From NCBI RefSeq assembly GCF_009914755.1, contig NC_060933.1: a stretch of 64,000 nucleotides of DNA; one strand, given 5' to 3'. The translations under genes were made by a program, and so were the position numbers. This DNA comes from the human T2T-CHM13v2.0 reference genome, Homo sapiens. This document shows, in pieces, positions 15,350-28,335 of this stretch. The notes under the pieces are model-generated. The model searched no databases and was not told the origin of the DNA. It saw only the letters and a list, made by a program, of their open reading frames with translations. Each line of letters starts with the position of its first letter. The stretch's first letter is position 1.

Positions 15350-15828
15350 AGAACTCCCCAGTTCCAGAGTTGGGCCTCAGTTACTCTTAGACAATGTGGG
15401 TAATTATTTTCCCATTGCTCCTGGTTGTTTCAAAAAATCAGACATACATCAGTCAGTACCTGTGTTTGTAAATTGTTATCTGGGAATAAGCAGACAGTGC
15501 AAATAGTTTCTATTATAATATAAAGAAGGAAAGACTTCTATTCATAAAAGGGGAAAACTCTTTCCCTTGTATTCACTGGATTTGAATGAGAAATCCTGTA
15601 CTGCTCATTGCTCTTACCAGCCATTGCATACTACAAGGGGAAGCAGAAGTAGGATGAAGCTAATAGGTGAACTGCAGGGTGGAGAGGCAGAAAGAATGTG
15701 CTTCCTTGCTGAGATCTCTGAACCATAAATCAAGCAGAGCTGAAAACTTTTCTACCTATCTACTTCAAATATATAATATACAATCTCTTCATTGTTTAGG
15801 TGGGCTTTATTTGCAGGGTATAACCTGT
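15350..15828 (+). mobile_element. Old MLT1-group MaLR LTR relic
   Basis: Degenerate MLT1-like motifs (AGCCATTGCATACTACAAGGG..GGATGAAGCTAA..CTCTTCATTGTTTA); boundaries approximate. Confidence 0.45.
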
Positions 15829-16060
15829 AAGCAAGTACTAATACTTTATAAAAGTATTTCATAAAGTAGTTTACAGTAACTCAGGTTGATTTGTGCCGTT
15901 AAGGAAAAAACTTTTACTTTTTTATTACTAAAAATGTATGTAAATCTCACTGGCACTGAATGCATTTTTCAAACAAAGAGGCTTGAAATGGTGAACAGCT
16001 ATTCTTTTCTGCCTACTAGGGATGAGAAAGTACAGGCTGTTTTCAAATTAAAACCAGAAG
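15829..16060 (+). repeat. Dispersed direct duplication, copy 2 (232 bp)
   Basis: Near-identical to 12805-13040. Confidence 0.97.
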
Positions 16061-16490
16061 GGCCAAAGATGTAAATAAATGTGACTGATAGAGGACAGCA
16101 TAAAAGAAAAAATAAGTTTTTTTTTTTAAAGCAGGACTGTGAGAATTTTAATAGAGTCTAGATTGGTGAATAAAAAAGAATAGAATATCCCAAAAAGTGT
16201 ATATTAATGCTCAAACCAGTAAAGAAATATGAGTTACCACTTTGTGGAAAAATAACATGGGTAGATTCATATGCCCCTACTGCGTGTAAGATTATTTTTA
16301 AAGAGATTAAAGCATTAAATGTAGAAAATAAAACCACAAAGGCTCTAGAAGTAAACATAGGACATTTCCTTTATAACCTTTAAGTGGTTAAGGTATAAGT
16401 AATTATAACTAAAAGTCTAGAAGCTAAAAGATTAAAAAATGGGTATATGTGAATACAGTAACAATAACTTCATGAAAAAATATTGTAAAC

Positions 16491-16524
16491 ATTCACTTCT
16501 CAGTCTTTTGGCTAAGATCAAGTG
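16491..16524 (+). pseudogene. RNU2: 3'-truncated (tailless) U2 snRNA retropseudogene, U2 nt ~1-33
   Basis: TCACTTCTCAGTCTTTTGGCTAAGATCAAGTG versus U2 TCGCTTCTCGGCCTTTTGGCTAAGATCAAGTG (29/32, last 20 nt exact); TSD AAATATTGTAAACA at 16478-16491 and 16525-16538. Confidence 0.92.
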
Positions 16525-16696
16525 AAATATTGTAAACAAATTGAAACTACAAGTAATCAAGTAAAGAATAATATTTACTCTTCATATAGTATAATTTCTT
16601 TACTATATGAAGTGTTTCTAGAAATTTATGAGCAAAAGACTCAAACTCAAAAGAAATATAGGCAAGTATATAAACAATTGATAGAAAGTAAATGCA

Positions 16697-17046
16697 GGCC
16701 GTCGCGGTGGCTCACACCTGTAATCCCAGCACTTTGGGAGGCTGAGGCGGTTTGATCACGAGGTCAGGAGATCGAGACCATCCTGGCTAAAGCGGTGAAA
16801 CCCCGTCTCTACTAAAAAAAATTAACCGGGTTTTGTGGCGGGTGCCTGTAGTCCCAGCTACTCGGGAGGCTGAGGCAGGAGAATGGCGTGAACCCGGGAG
16901 GTGGAGCTTGCAGTGAGCCCAGAATGGCGTGAACCCAGAAGGTGGAGCTTGAAGTGAGCCAAGATTGTGCCACTGCACTCCAGCCTGGGCAACAGAGTGA
17001 GACTCCATCTCAAAAAAATAAATAAATAAAATAAAAATAAAAAATT
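16697..17046 (+). mobile_element. AluY with internal tandem duplication
   Basis: TSD AAGTAAATGCA at 16686-16696 and 17047-17057; 40-nt unit repeated at 16880-16919 and 16921-16960. Confidence 0.93.
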
Positions 17047-18918
17047 AAGTAAATGCAAATGACTTTTAAGTATACAAAAGTGTATTCAAGTTCAACCATA
17101 ATAAAACTACAAATAAAACTCTATCAATATTCTTTCACTTATTAGAATAGCATATTTAATAACACAAACTTCAGCAAACATATAGAGAAGTAGGTACTAC
17201 CATTCATGCATCCACATGATTGGAGTATAAATTAGTACATATTTATCAAATAAAAAATGCATGTGTGCATGTCCAATCAATTATACTCTAGGCAGATTAT
17301 CCTAAATAACTACTTACATATAAAACGACATATATGACTATATTCATTGCAGAAAAATATATAAGAACAAGATTCTGAAAACAACAAAGTTTTTAATATA
17401 GTACGACTTAATGATGACACATCCCTTTGATGTTCTGCAATAGTAAAAATACTGAAAATTTTCTATATGTATTAACGTGGAAAGTTTTTCAAGATAAATT
17501 GCTAACGAATAAAGCAATGTGCCAAAAGGATACGTGTTATGCTGTCCAAATAAAGGAAATCAATAATGTATTTTGTTATCTCTTATATATACATAAAATA
17601 CTTAAGACACCAAGAAGCTGTTGTTAAGAGGTAAGAACTGGGCAGACAATAGAAAAGGATAGAATGTGGAATTTTCCAATTCTGTATCATGTAAATGCAT
17701 CACCTGTTCAAAAAATAATGTTCACGGTTCCCTACATTTTCTGAGAAATATCCAACTCTTTAGCCAGTAATTTACAGCCTTTCAAAATTGTTCCGGTAAT
17801 ATTTCATTTTTCTTGCTCATGCTAAACCACCTTCTCATCAAACTATTCAGTACCTTAAATTCTACTAAAATTTCTTTGTGGCATCACACACATACCCATT
17901 TCGATACACTCTTTTTCTATTATCACCTGTAGAAACCTACATAACTTCACAGCACATCTCAGATGCCAGCTCTTTCAAGATCTTCTCTGATAAACCCAAG
18001 GAGAAATAATTTTTCCCTCATCAAAATCCTTAGTGCACTTGGGATTACATCACATATTCTTCTTATAGGAGTGGTCTTTCTATTAGCATTGAAGGTCCTT
18101 AAGAGCAAGATTGCTTTTTAAACATCTGTATTTCTTAAAGTATTCTGTGCAAAATACTATGCTAAACCCTGTATTTACTCAAACATTTTAGCTTAATGAA
18201 TTAAAATATGACTCAAAATGGAATGGTAAGTTGTTCCATCTTAATATATTAAGAAATATCACCAACAGCAACTACATCAAGAAACCAAGAAGACGACCTT
18301 TAATGGAATATTTGATGGACGCTGAAGTGAGTCTATTAACAAAAACAAACAAAAAGAATCAGGGACTACATTTGCCATTAATTCTAAAATTGTTGCCATT
18401 TAGGGCCTCACTGAAATATAGGGCCAAATAGCTGTTGCTCTACCAGTAGCAGTTCTCATATTAAATGATGAATTTGCAAGGCATGCCCCCTAGGATTTCA
18501 TCTGTTCTCCTTGAGAAAATGTCAATAACTTCTATAAAGAAAGAGTGGCCCTAGTTAGAGTTTTTTAGTTCCAAGTCTATGTTTAACCCATTAAGAAATA
18601 ATTCATACTTAGTATATATTTTTAAAAAACACTAAAATATAGTCTAAATTTTCCTGATTTTTTAAACTATGTAGGAATTATATAATAAAATGTGATTACC
18701 TAAGAGAATGTTCTGGTTTTTAGGACATATACAATAAAGTACTTAGGATTAAAATAATAAGATGGCTCCAATTTGCAAATAGTATAGAAAGGAGAGAGAG
18801 AGAGAGAGCACACTACCAATATATTCAAATGTAATTTAGAAAAAAATCTGGATAAAAGGGTATATAGGACTTTCTTCTACTATTCTTGCAACTTCTTTCT
18901 AAGTTTAAAATTATGTCA

Positions 18919-19253
<335 letters not shown>

Positions 19254-19302
19254 TTAATGTCCAACCAGGCAAACTGAGTCTATGTTAAAATTCGGTCATC
19301 AC

Positions 19303-19957
19303 CTGTAAACTAGTTCAACCATTGTGGAAGTCAGTGTGGCGATTCCTCAAGGATCTAGAACTAGAAATACCACTTGACCCAGCCATCCCATTACTGGGTA
19401 TATACCCAAAGGATTATAAATCATGCTGCTATACAGACACATGCACATGTATGTTTATTGCAGCACTATTCACAATAGCAAAGACTTGGAACCAACCCAA
19501 ATGTCCAACAATGATAGACTGGATTAAGAAAATTTGGCACATAGACACCATGGAATACTATGCAGCCATAAAAAAGGATGAGTTCATGTCCTTTGTAGGG
19601 ACATGGATGAAATTGGAAATCATCATTCTCAGTAAACTATTGCAAGAACAAAAAACCAAACACCGCATATTCTCACTCATAGGTGGGAACTGAACAATGA
19701 GAACACATGGACACAGGAAGGGGAACATCACACTCTGGGGACTGTTGTGGGGTGGGGGGAGGGGGGAGGGATAGCATTAGGAGATATACCTAATGCTAAA
19801 TGACAAGTTAATGGGTGCAGCACACCAGCATGGTACATGTATACATATGTAACTAACCTGCACATTGTGCACATGTACCCTAACACTTAAAGTATAATAA
19901 AAAAAAAAATCTCAGAAACTAGAGTCAGAAGAATAGCCAAAAAAAAAAAAAAAAAAA
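19303..19957 (+). mobile_element. 5'-truncated L1PA3-like LINE-1 with short 3' transduction
   Basis: ORF2 C-terminus (ORF 19322-19693) plus 3'UTR, two poly-A tracts; TSD AAAATTC(G/A)GTCATCAC at 19287-19302 and 19954-19969. Confidence 0.93.
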
Positions 19958-20319
19958 TTCAGTCATCACTATCTTTAATGGATGGAATGGAGTTTAGAGT
20001 AAATAGTGCAGGGAAGGTAGGGTTATGAGGTTTTAGTGTTCTCTTTCTTAATCTGCATTCTGATTACCAGATTATTGTTCACTTGATAAAATTTTATCAA
20101 ATTGTGCCCTGATAATCAGAATGTAAGAATGTCACATTTTCTGTAAGATATCCTTCAATGAATTTTAACAAAAATATTATGAAAAAATAAATTTCTCTTT
20201 TTTTTACTTGATTACCCTATTATAGAATGCATATGTTTAGTGACTTTGTATAGTGATAAGAAAATACCTCAAACAGGATTTTAAAAAACGTAAAAAGATG
20301 TAAATGACACTTTTCTTTA

Positions 20320-20627
20320 TTTTTTATTTTATTTATTTATTTATTTATGATAGGATCTCACTCTGTCACCCAGGCTATAGTGCAGTAGCATGATCACAGC
20401 TAATTTCAGCCTTGACCTTCTGGTCTCAAGTAATCCTCTCAAGGCAGCCTCCCATTTAGCTGGGACCACAGACACGTGCCACTATGTCTGGCTAATTTTT
20501 TGAATTTTTGGTAGACAGGGTCTCACTTTGTTGCCTAAGGTGGTCTTGAATTGCTGGGCTCAAGCAATCCTTCAGCCTCAGCCTCCCAAAGTGCTGGGAT
20601 TATACGCATGAGCCACCAGGCCCAGCC
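20320..20627 (-). mobile_element. AluJ
   Basis: Antisense Alu with J diagnostics (GGGCTCAAGCAATCC), (TTTA)n tail, TSD ACTTTTCTTTA. Confidence 0.9.
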
Positions 20628-22539
20628 ACTTTTCTTTAATTGAAGTGCTATAGCCAATACCAAAGTTGATGGCCTCCCATCCAACTTACAATTTACAGTA
20701 TAGCACCTATACATTTAGTCTGCTGCTCTAAATGTCTCCCAGTAATCAAACTGTGTGTGAAATTCATAGTATGGGGCATACTATTTTTTAATCATTCTAA
20801 CTACTGTAATTATGTCCTTATCTGTATTCATGTCCTGAAAGTTTATGCAAGTAAAATTAGCGTAATGACATTTAAGTTATTTCATGTTTATGTGCATGCA
20901 TTTACTGGACATTGCTATTTTTTACAACCTTACATTTTAAATTTCTACTTTTCATCCAAGAACTCTCTCAAAATGTTTGACTTACCTTCTTTTGTTTTTA
21001 CATTTTTCTGTTCTTCAATTTTTTCATTCATCCAACATATACTTAAATATCTAAGTTTTAAGGTAACTATATGTGCCGGTATATTTGCCTATAAATCATC
21101 ATGCACATAGAAAACACTTTTAGAAGCTTCCTCTTTCATACCAAATTCAAACCATAAGGTCTAAAGGAAGTACTTAGAGGTTGTGGTATACACACATTTA
21201 TTTTACTGAAAACTGAAAATAACGCAGACAAAAGGATGAAACTTATTGGGAATTGGTATGATATATAAGATATCTTTCACTCAGAAAAAAAGTAAGAATA
21301 TACCATACTAAGTTCATTTTCTTCAAAAATTTGGATCCTTTCATTTTCTAGGGCTGCATATCCTTTTTCCTAAAGAGGAACTCCACATTTTATAAGTTGC
21401 AGTTCCCATAAAGACTAGATCTGTCCCTAGTTTTGATGAACTATACCTGGGAAACCAGAGGTATGGCAATCCTAAAACAAATATAGGAAAAGAGTTCCAA
21501 TAGACACAGATTCCCTTCCCCTGGTGAAAATGAAGATAGAAACAACAACAAAAAAAGATATTATGTAATATAAAATAAAACAAATGTTCATTATATTTGA
21601 ACCTGTATTCTCTTTTCTAAACTGAGTTTCAGAGGGCAAGGAACATGTCTGTCAGATACTACTTTCTATCCAGTACACATAGTAGCTGCACAATAAACAT
21701 TTATGACATGAATTAATTAGCGTTTCTCTGGCCTGCCAATGCCCTGTATATAGAAAATCTGTAAATTTCCACTAACTTTAAAAATACTCATATTTTCCTG
21801 GAACAGAAAGTAAAGATTACATGGCAGACAAAATTGCATCTGTCTACTAATGATTACCATGTAATCTCTACTAGATGGCCTTGTGGTTCTCAGTAAGAGT
21901 CAAGTGACAAAGGAGACAGAGGGAGCAAAGCTGAAAGACTTTAATAAACTCTCTTTGCAAATAATGTTTTTATTCAATGTCAACTTCTTATTAAAACATC
22001 CCAGGGCTTGACTCTTCTGAGTCTTTTATATACTTTTTTTCTACAACAAAGGAGAAAGCAATCACTATTGATTTGGGCACATATCAAAAAATGAAAAAAG
22101 AGAAATAAATAAATAGTTGCATTTCAATTGTGGCCACCATACAGCTAATAGTTTATCATAACTCTTAAAGGTTGGTCCCTAGGCTCTTATACAGTTTCAC
22201 CCTTTGCTGACCTCTTACAATCTTTCTGTCAGCATTTTGAATGCTACTGATTCTGTGAGTAATATTTTCAACGGAGGTCAGACAGGCCAGTAAGTCCAGC
22301 GTGCCCTCTCACTTACGAATTCCCCTTCTTTTGTGGCTTTTCACCATGGGTTCACATGTCATGGACTCTACATCGCAAACTGCAGTAAACAAATTTCAAT
22401 CGTGAGTGAAAGGAGAAAAAAGCAAATCCTACTTGACTATTGCTAGCTTGTTTACACCATAGGGCTAGAGTAAGCTGAAATCGACAGAGTATAAAGAAAA
22501 GAAGGTCCTCTTGAAGTAACACACACACTCATTTTCAGA

Positions 22540-22930
22540 CTCATAGTTTAAATGCAGTCTTTTATTTGTCACTACCACTGCATTGTTATCAGAGGATTTA
22601 TATGCCTAGAGCTGCCAGAAGTGTCACCAGCTCTGACAATGCCCATTTTGGAGCTTTTTCCGATGGCTTATTTTATTTATAGTCTTGATGAAACTGGGGC
22701 AGTCACAAAACTGATTAGCGATCTGGCAAACAGGGCCTGCTCTGCTAATGATCTGTGTAAATATTGTGCTGTAGAGCCTTTCTGTGACAGGTCATTGCTG
22801 CTAACAAACCGCAGAATGCAAACAGAGACCTGTGCTGCCTTCACTGCAGATGCACAGCAGCCAGCTTACACTGACAAAGCAAATGAAAATCCTCTTATTG
22901 TCGATCATCTCAAGTAAAATGGCCTAAAAA
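22540..22930. promoter_or_regulatory. Candidate conserved non-coding element / enhancer
   Basis: No recognisable repeat, less AT-rich than flanks, dense TGACA/TGTCA, SOX, FOX and GATA motifs. Conservation not verified. Confidence 0.4.
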
Positions 22931-24219
22931 TCAATTCTAGGATAGGCTTTCTTTCTTTCTCGAAGCTTTAATCTGGGGATGATGACAGTGATAATGGTAT
23001 TTCATTATACACATAAAGTAAGAGAGAAAAACGTAATAAAACAAGATATAAAAGATGAATTTAAACAATGGATTGTGAAAGCCTTGCTGTTTGCTTCTGT
23101 TTTTAAAAATATTTTGCTATTTTTTCTTGGCTGCTGCCGTTACTACAGTTGTAGTCTGCACAGAATGAAGCCTTAATCACACAGTCATGCTGAAACATGT
23201 TTACAAAGGTAAAATTAATGGGTTTATCTTAAGCAAGATGTCTTTCTATGGCATCATTAATATGCTTTAGATTTTTTAAATAAATGTGTTTTTATTCTTC
23301 CAGTACATCAGAATTGGAATTGGAGTCATGTCAAGATGTTCTCACTGGCAAAGACAGGAGGAGGTTAAAATAGCTCCTTGTAGGGCAGTAACCTCGGGAG
23401 AAAAAGAACTAATAGAAAATAAATGGCGAGTATTTTTTTTGAATCATTTGTATGATAAGCTTATAATGTACTTGTCTCAATGCAGAAAGCACAAGGAAAA
23501 AATAAATATGTCCTCATCACATTGGTAGACAAAGCACTAAGCACGTAGGTTGTCAGAAATTCGATATCCCTTTCTCTTTTCTATATCCTCTACCAAACAG
23601 AAAGTTCCACATACATCTGAGACTTCAGTGTCTATGTGACTTGAGTACAATTTCCTTTTTCATCTTTGTTTTTCCTTTACTTACTCGTTTCCCTTTATTC
23701 TTACCTGAGATATAGAGAATAAAAAATAACACTATAGAATCAACCTTTTTTTCTAGGTAATTTAGAATAAATTTTCCAGAACATAAAAAGGATAATGATG
23801 GCATTATGTAAATTTGAGACCAAAATTTTCTGAATTAAATTATTTTTACATAGATAATGGTTCACTTCTGATTAGGAACATTAAATAAAAAGTAATCTTA
23901 ACAATATGACAATACAACTTAGCCTTCTTGCATTATCTTTTTTAGCCTAAATATTTAATTATTATAATTTGCACAACATCGAAATTATAGTGCAATTCTT
24001 TTCTTTACAAAATAATCACAATAAAGTATTTTAATCAAGCAACTGAGCACATACAATTATTATTCTATGTCCATAAAATTTTTTTGCAGAAAACATTTAT
24101 ATAAGAATTTCAGTAGTCAAACATTGAGTAGCAGGAAAATACTATTAAATTTTAAAAACCAAACAAGCATTGGAAACAGAAAAATGGATACGAAGAGAAG
24201 CAAGTATTCTCCTGTATTT

Positions 24220-24425
24220 ATAATTGTGGTACTTTACAATATATGTAATATATCTTTAGAAAGATTAATTGTCTTTTATTCTCACAGAAATTCTATGAGC
24301 CAGGCAGAGGAACTGTTTTTGTTCCCATTTTACTTCTGTAAAAACTGAGTCTCAAAATAACTGCTCCCCAGAAGTATAGAATGATTAAAGGTCAGAAACA
24401 GAGCCTGCATATTTTCATATTTGTT
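24220..24425 (-). mobile_element. MIR relic
   Basis: CCCATTTTAC..AAACTGAGTCTC..AACTGCTCCCAG, antisense MIR core. Confidence 0.55.
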
Positions 24426-25554
24426 ACACTTTTTTAGCTATTGTTGTCCAAGAGTACTCTTACTTTTGAGATACTTTCTTTATTTCACTGTTCAGAATTT
24501 TTATATTTGTATGATTTAACAAAATAATTGGTAAATTTCATTTTTGGGGATTAAAAATTAGGTTGTGGAAGCTACATTAGGTTGTGGAAGTTGTGCCCCA
24601 TCTGAGACAAATCTTGGATTAATCAGTGATTGATTAAATTATTGAAAGTTTAGTTATTCAAAGAAATTGGCATAGAAGTACATTAAGCTAAGCTTTATCT
24701 GGTAAGATGGAGAACTAACATGATGTGGGCTTCTTTCTGTGACCACAACCCTGGAAATGACACAGAAATCAGCATCTAATACTAAAAGATGTGAGAAACC
24801 TTTGCAGTTACAAACTACAGTAAAGTCTGCGAGTAGAGAAAAAAATGACAGCAAAGAGCAGAAAACTGAGATGTAAGGAAACCAGAATATGCTGGGGCGG
24901 AAGTTTTTAGTGGTCATCATTCCTTTTCATTGCATTCCTGTATTTTTTTCTGCTCTTTCAATAGTTAGAGTACCCACAGTGTGCAAGGCACTCTTCTAAA
25001 TACTGAGAATACACTACAGAGCCAGAAAGACAAAACTTTGACCAAATGGAGCTCCCATTCTAGCAAAACTAGAGTTGAAAAGAGACCACTGCTAACTCCT
25101 TTAAAGCCATTTTGGAGTCGGCCAGGCAGAATATGACTCAACCTAGCTTGGAAAATGAGGAAATAGTGACAAATGCAGAAAGACCATCTGAACCCTAGGC
25201 ATTCTCCTCTAACCCAGCTACTCCATACAATGAGTGTTAGGATGGTGATTAAAACTGAGGGAGACCAGTCTTGGTAAACAGCACCACCCAGGACACGTGA
25301 ATACACCAACTTTTATGGAGGAGGAAGGCAAACAAAGGGTGGCAGAATCAAGTTATTTCCTAAGGAGTCCTTCATTCTAAACACTTCTGGTGGGTCAATC
25401 TTGAGCCTGATTTTAGTGCCATGTATTCTTAATCAGCATAATAAATCTTACTAGGAAAAAATAGGCCTCAAAGGAATTCAATGACTCTAAAATAAAATAC
25501 ATGTATATCAAAGACAACCAGATTTACAAAAATTAACAATAGTTTAAAATATGT

Positions 25555-25865
25555 GACCATATGTGGTGGTTTACATCTGTAATCCCAGCACTTTGGGAGT
25601 CCAAGACAGGAGCATTGCTTGAAGCTAGGAGTTTGAGATCAGCTCGGGCAACCAAGAGAGCCCCTGTCTCTACAAAATAAATAATAATTAAAAAAAATAC
25701 CTAGGTGTGGCGGCATGCACTTGTAGTCCCAGTTACCAAGGAGGCTGAGGCAGGAGAATCTCTTGAGCCCAGGAGGTCAAGGCTGCAGTTAGCTAGGAGG
25801 CTGTCACCACTGCACTTGCTCCAGCCTGAGTAACCGAAAGACACTGTCTCTGAAGAAAAAAAAAA
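25555..25865 (+). mobile_element. AluJ inside an old L1M ORF1 relic
   Basis: J diagnostics (TTGAGCCCAGGAGGTCAAGGCTGCAG); approximate TSD AGTT(T)AAAATA. Confidence 0.88.
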
Positions 25866-26360
25866 GTTAAAATAAATCCAAAAATATGTATAGTAAATGT
25901 TCTCAAAGACATAAGGCACAATATTTGAACCTGAAGAAGAAATTAGCAATCATAAAATATTTTTTCAGTATGAAAACCATATCTGTTGAAATGAAGGATT
26001 AAATATATGGTATAAACAGCAGAAGGGTTAAATTTGAGGAGTGCTCATTAGTGAGATGGAAGATAATGTTCAAATAATAACAAATTTTTTTTTAAATTTA
26101 GAAAACTAGACTTCACATGTACTGCTGATGGGAGTACAGACTGATGCAACTATCCAGAGAGCAATGTGGAGTGAAATGAAATCCAAACCTATGAACCAGC
26201 AGTCCTACTCTTGATCCACATGGCAAATAAACTTAAGTTTAAACTCATGAAAGGATATGATATCCAGTAGAGACAATTGTTGTTGCAGGGAGTTGGAAGG
26301 AGGCAAAGAATCTATCACTGTAATACACACACACACAATTGTTTATAAAAATGGAATACA

Positions 26361-26786
<426 letters not shown>

Positions 26787-27001
26787 TCAAAAACAACCAC
26801 AAAATTTTATAGTTTTCAAAAAATGCATATTCAAGGGTCTACCACAAACACATGAATGCAATTGAAGTAAGAGGGAGAAGCAGAAGGAAATAAAAATAGA
26901 GATTAGAGATTAGGGCAAGATAAAATAATTAGATAAAATAAACCAAGAAATTCCTATTTTATTTATCATGATAAGAATGTACTTTAAAAAGAGGATGACT
27001 A

Positions 27002-28184
27002 CATAAAATGAGTTAGGGAGGAGTACCTCTTTTTCTATTGTTTGGAATAATTTCAGAAGGAATGATACCAGTTCCTCTTTGTACCTCTGGTAGAATTTGG
27101 CTGTGAATCCGTCTGGTCCTGGGCCTTTTTTTTTGGTTGGTAGGCTATAATTACTGCCTCAATTTCAGAACTTGTTATTGATCTATTCAGGGATTTGACT
27201 TCTTCTTGGTTTAGTCTTGGGAGAGTGGATGTGTCCAGGAATTTATAAATTTTTTCTAGATTTTCTAGTTTATTTGTGTAGAGGTTTTTATAGTATTCTC
27301 TGACGGTAGTTTGTATTTCTGGGGGATCAGTAGTGATATCCCCTTTATCATTTTTTATTGTGTCTATTTGAGTCTTCTCTCTTTTCTTCTTTATTAGTCT
27401 GGGTAGTGGTCTATCTATTTTGTTGATCTGTTCAAAAAAACCCCTCCTGGATTCATTGATTTTTTGAAGGACTTTTCATGTCTCTATCTCCTTCAGTTCT
27501 GCTCTGATTTTAGTTGTTTCTTGTCTTCTGCTAGCTTTTGAATTTGTTTGCTCTTGCTTCTCTAGTTCTTTTAATTGTGATGTTAGGGTGTCAACTTTAG
27601 ATCTTTCCTGCTTTCTCCTGTGGACACTTAGTGCTATAAATTTCCCTCTAAACATTGCTTTAGCTGTGTCCCAGAGATTCTGGTATGTTGTGTCTTTGTT
27701 CTCATTGTTTTCAAAGATCTTATTTCTTTCTGCCTTAATTTCATTATTTACCCAGTAGTCACTCAGGAGCAGCTTGTTCAGTTTCCATGTAATTGTGCGG
27801 TTTTGAGTGAGTTTCTTAATCCTGAGTTCTAATTTGATTGCACTGTGGTCTGAGAGACTGTTTGTTATTATTTCCATTCTTTTGCATTTGCTGAGGAGTG
27901 TTTTACTTCCAATTATGTGGTCGATTTTAGAGTAAGTGTGATGTGGTACTGAGAAGAATGCATATTCTGTCGATTTGGGGTGGAGAGTTCTGTAAATGTC
28001 TACTAGGTATGCTTGGTCCAGAGCTGAGTTCAAGTCCTAAATATCCTTGTTAATTTTCTGTCTTCTTGATCTGTCTAATATTGACAGTGAGGTGTTAAAG
28101 TCTCCCACTATTATTGTGTGGGAGTCTAAGTCTCTTTGTAGGTCTCTAAGAATTTGCTTTATCAATCTGGGTGCTCCTATATTG

Positions 28185-28218
<34 letters not shown>

Positions 28219-28335
28219 CGTTGGCACTCCTTGTTGCATTGATCCATTTACCATTATGTAATGCCCTTCTTTGTCTTTTTTCACTTTTGTTGCTTTAAAG
28301 TCTGTTTTATCAGATACTAGGTTTGCAACCCCTGC
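27002..28335 (-). mobile_element. Inverted arm of an L1PA7/8-like LINE-1 (ORF2 endonuclease and linker region)
   Basis: ORF 27476-28033 is L1 ORF2 EN ([17 protein letters not shown]); joins sense L1 at 28335. Confidence 0.9.
28187..28216. repeat. (TA)n microsatellite within L1
   Basis: About 15 TA units. Confidence 0.95.

Larger units (their letters stand above)
16100..17720 (+). mobile_element. Ancient L1M (L1ME-like) ORF2 end and 3' relic, interrupted by a U2 fragment and an AluY
   Basis: A-rich degenerate L1 motifs (AAAGATTAAAGCATTAAATGTAGAAAATAAAACC, CTAGAAGTAAACATAGG, TATTCATTGCAG); boundaries approximate. Confidence 0.6.

Noticed and set aside
22552-22917. 121-aa ATG-initiated ORF, the longest outside recognised repeats
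   Set aside because: No recognisable domain, promoter or splice context; better explained as a chance ORF in a less AT-rich element. Ribo-seq or codon-pattern conservation would reopen it.
23743-23762. CCTTTTTTTCTAG|GTAATT recursive-splice-like motif
   Set aside because: Lies at the end of a MIR-like relic; the motif is expected by chance in AT-rich DNA.
24557-24590. ATTAGGTTGTGGAAG x2 and similar micro-duplications (6701-6720, 13274-13316, 62087-62113)
   Set aside because: Ordinary short slippage duplications; not CRISPR-like or telomeric arrays.
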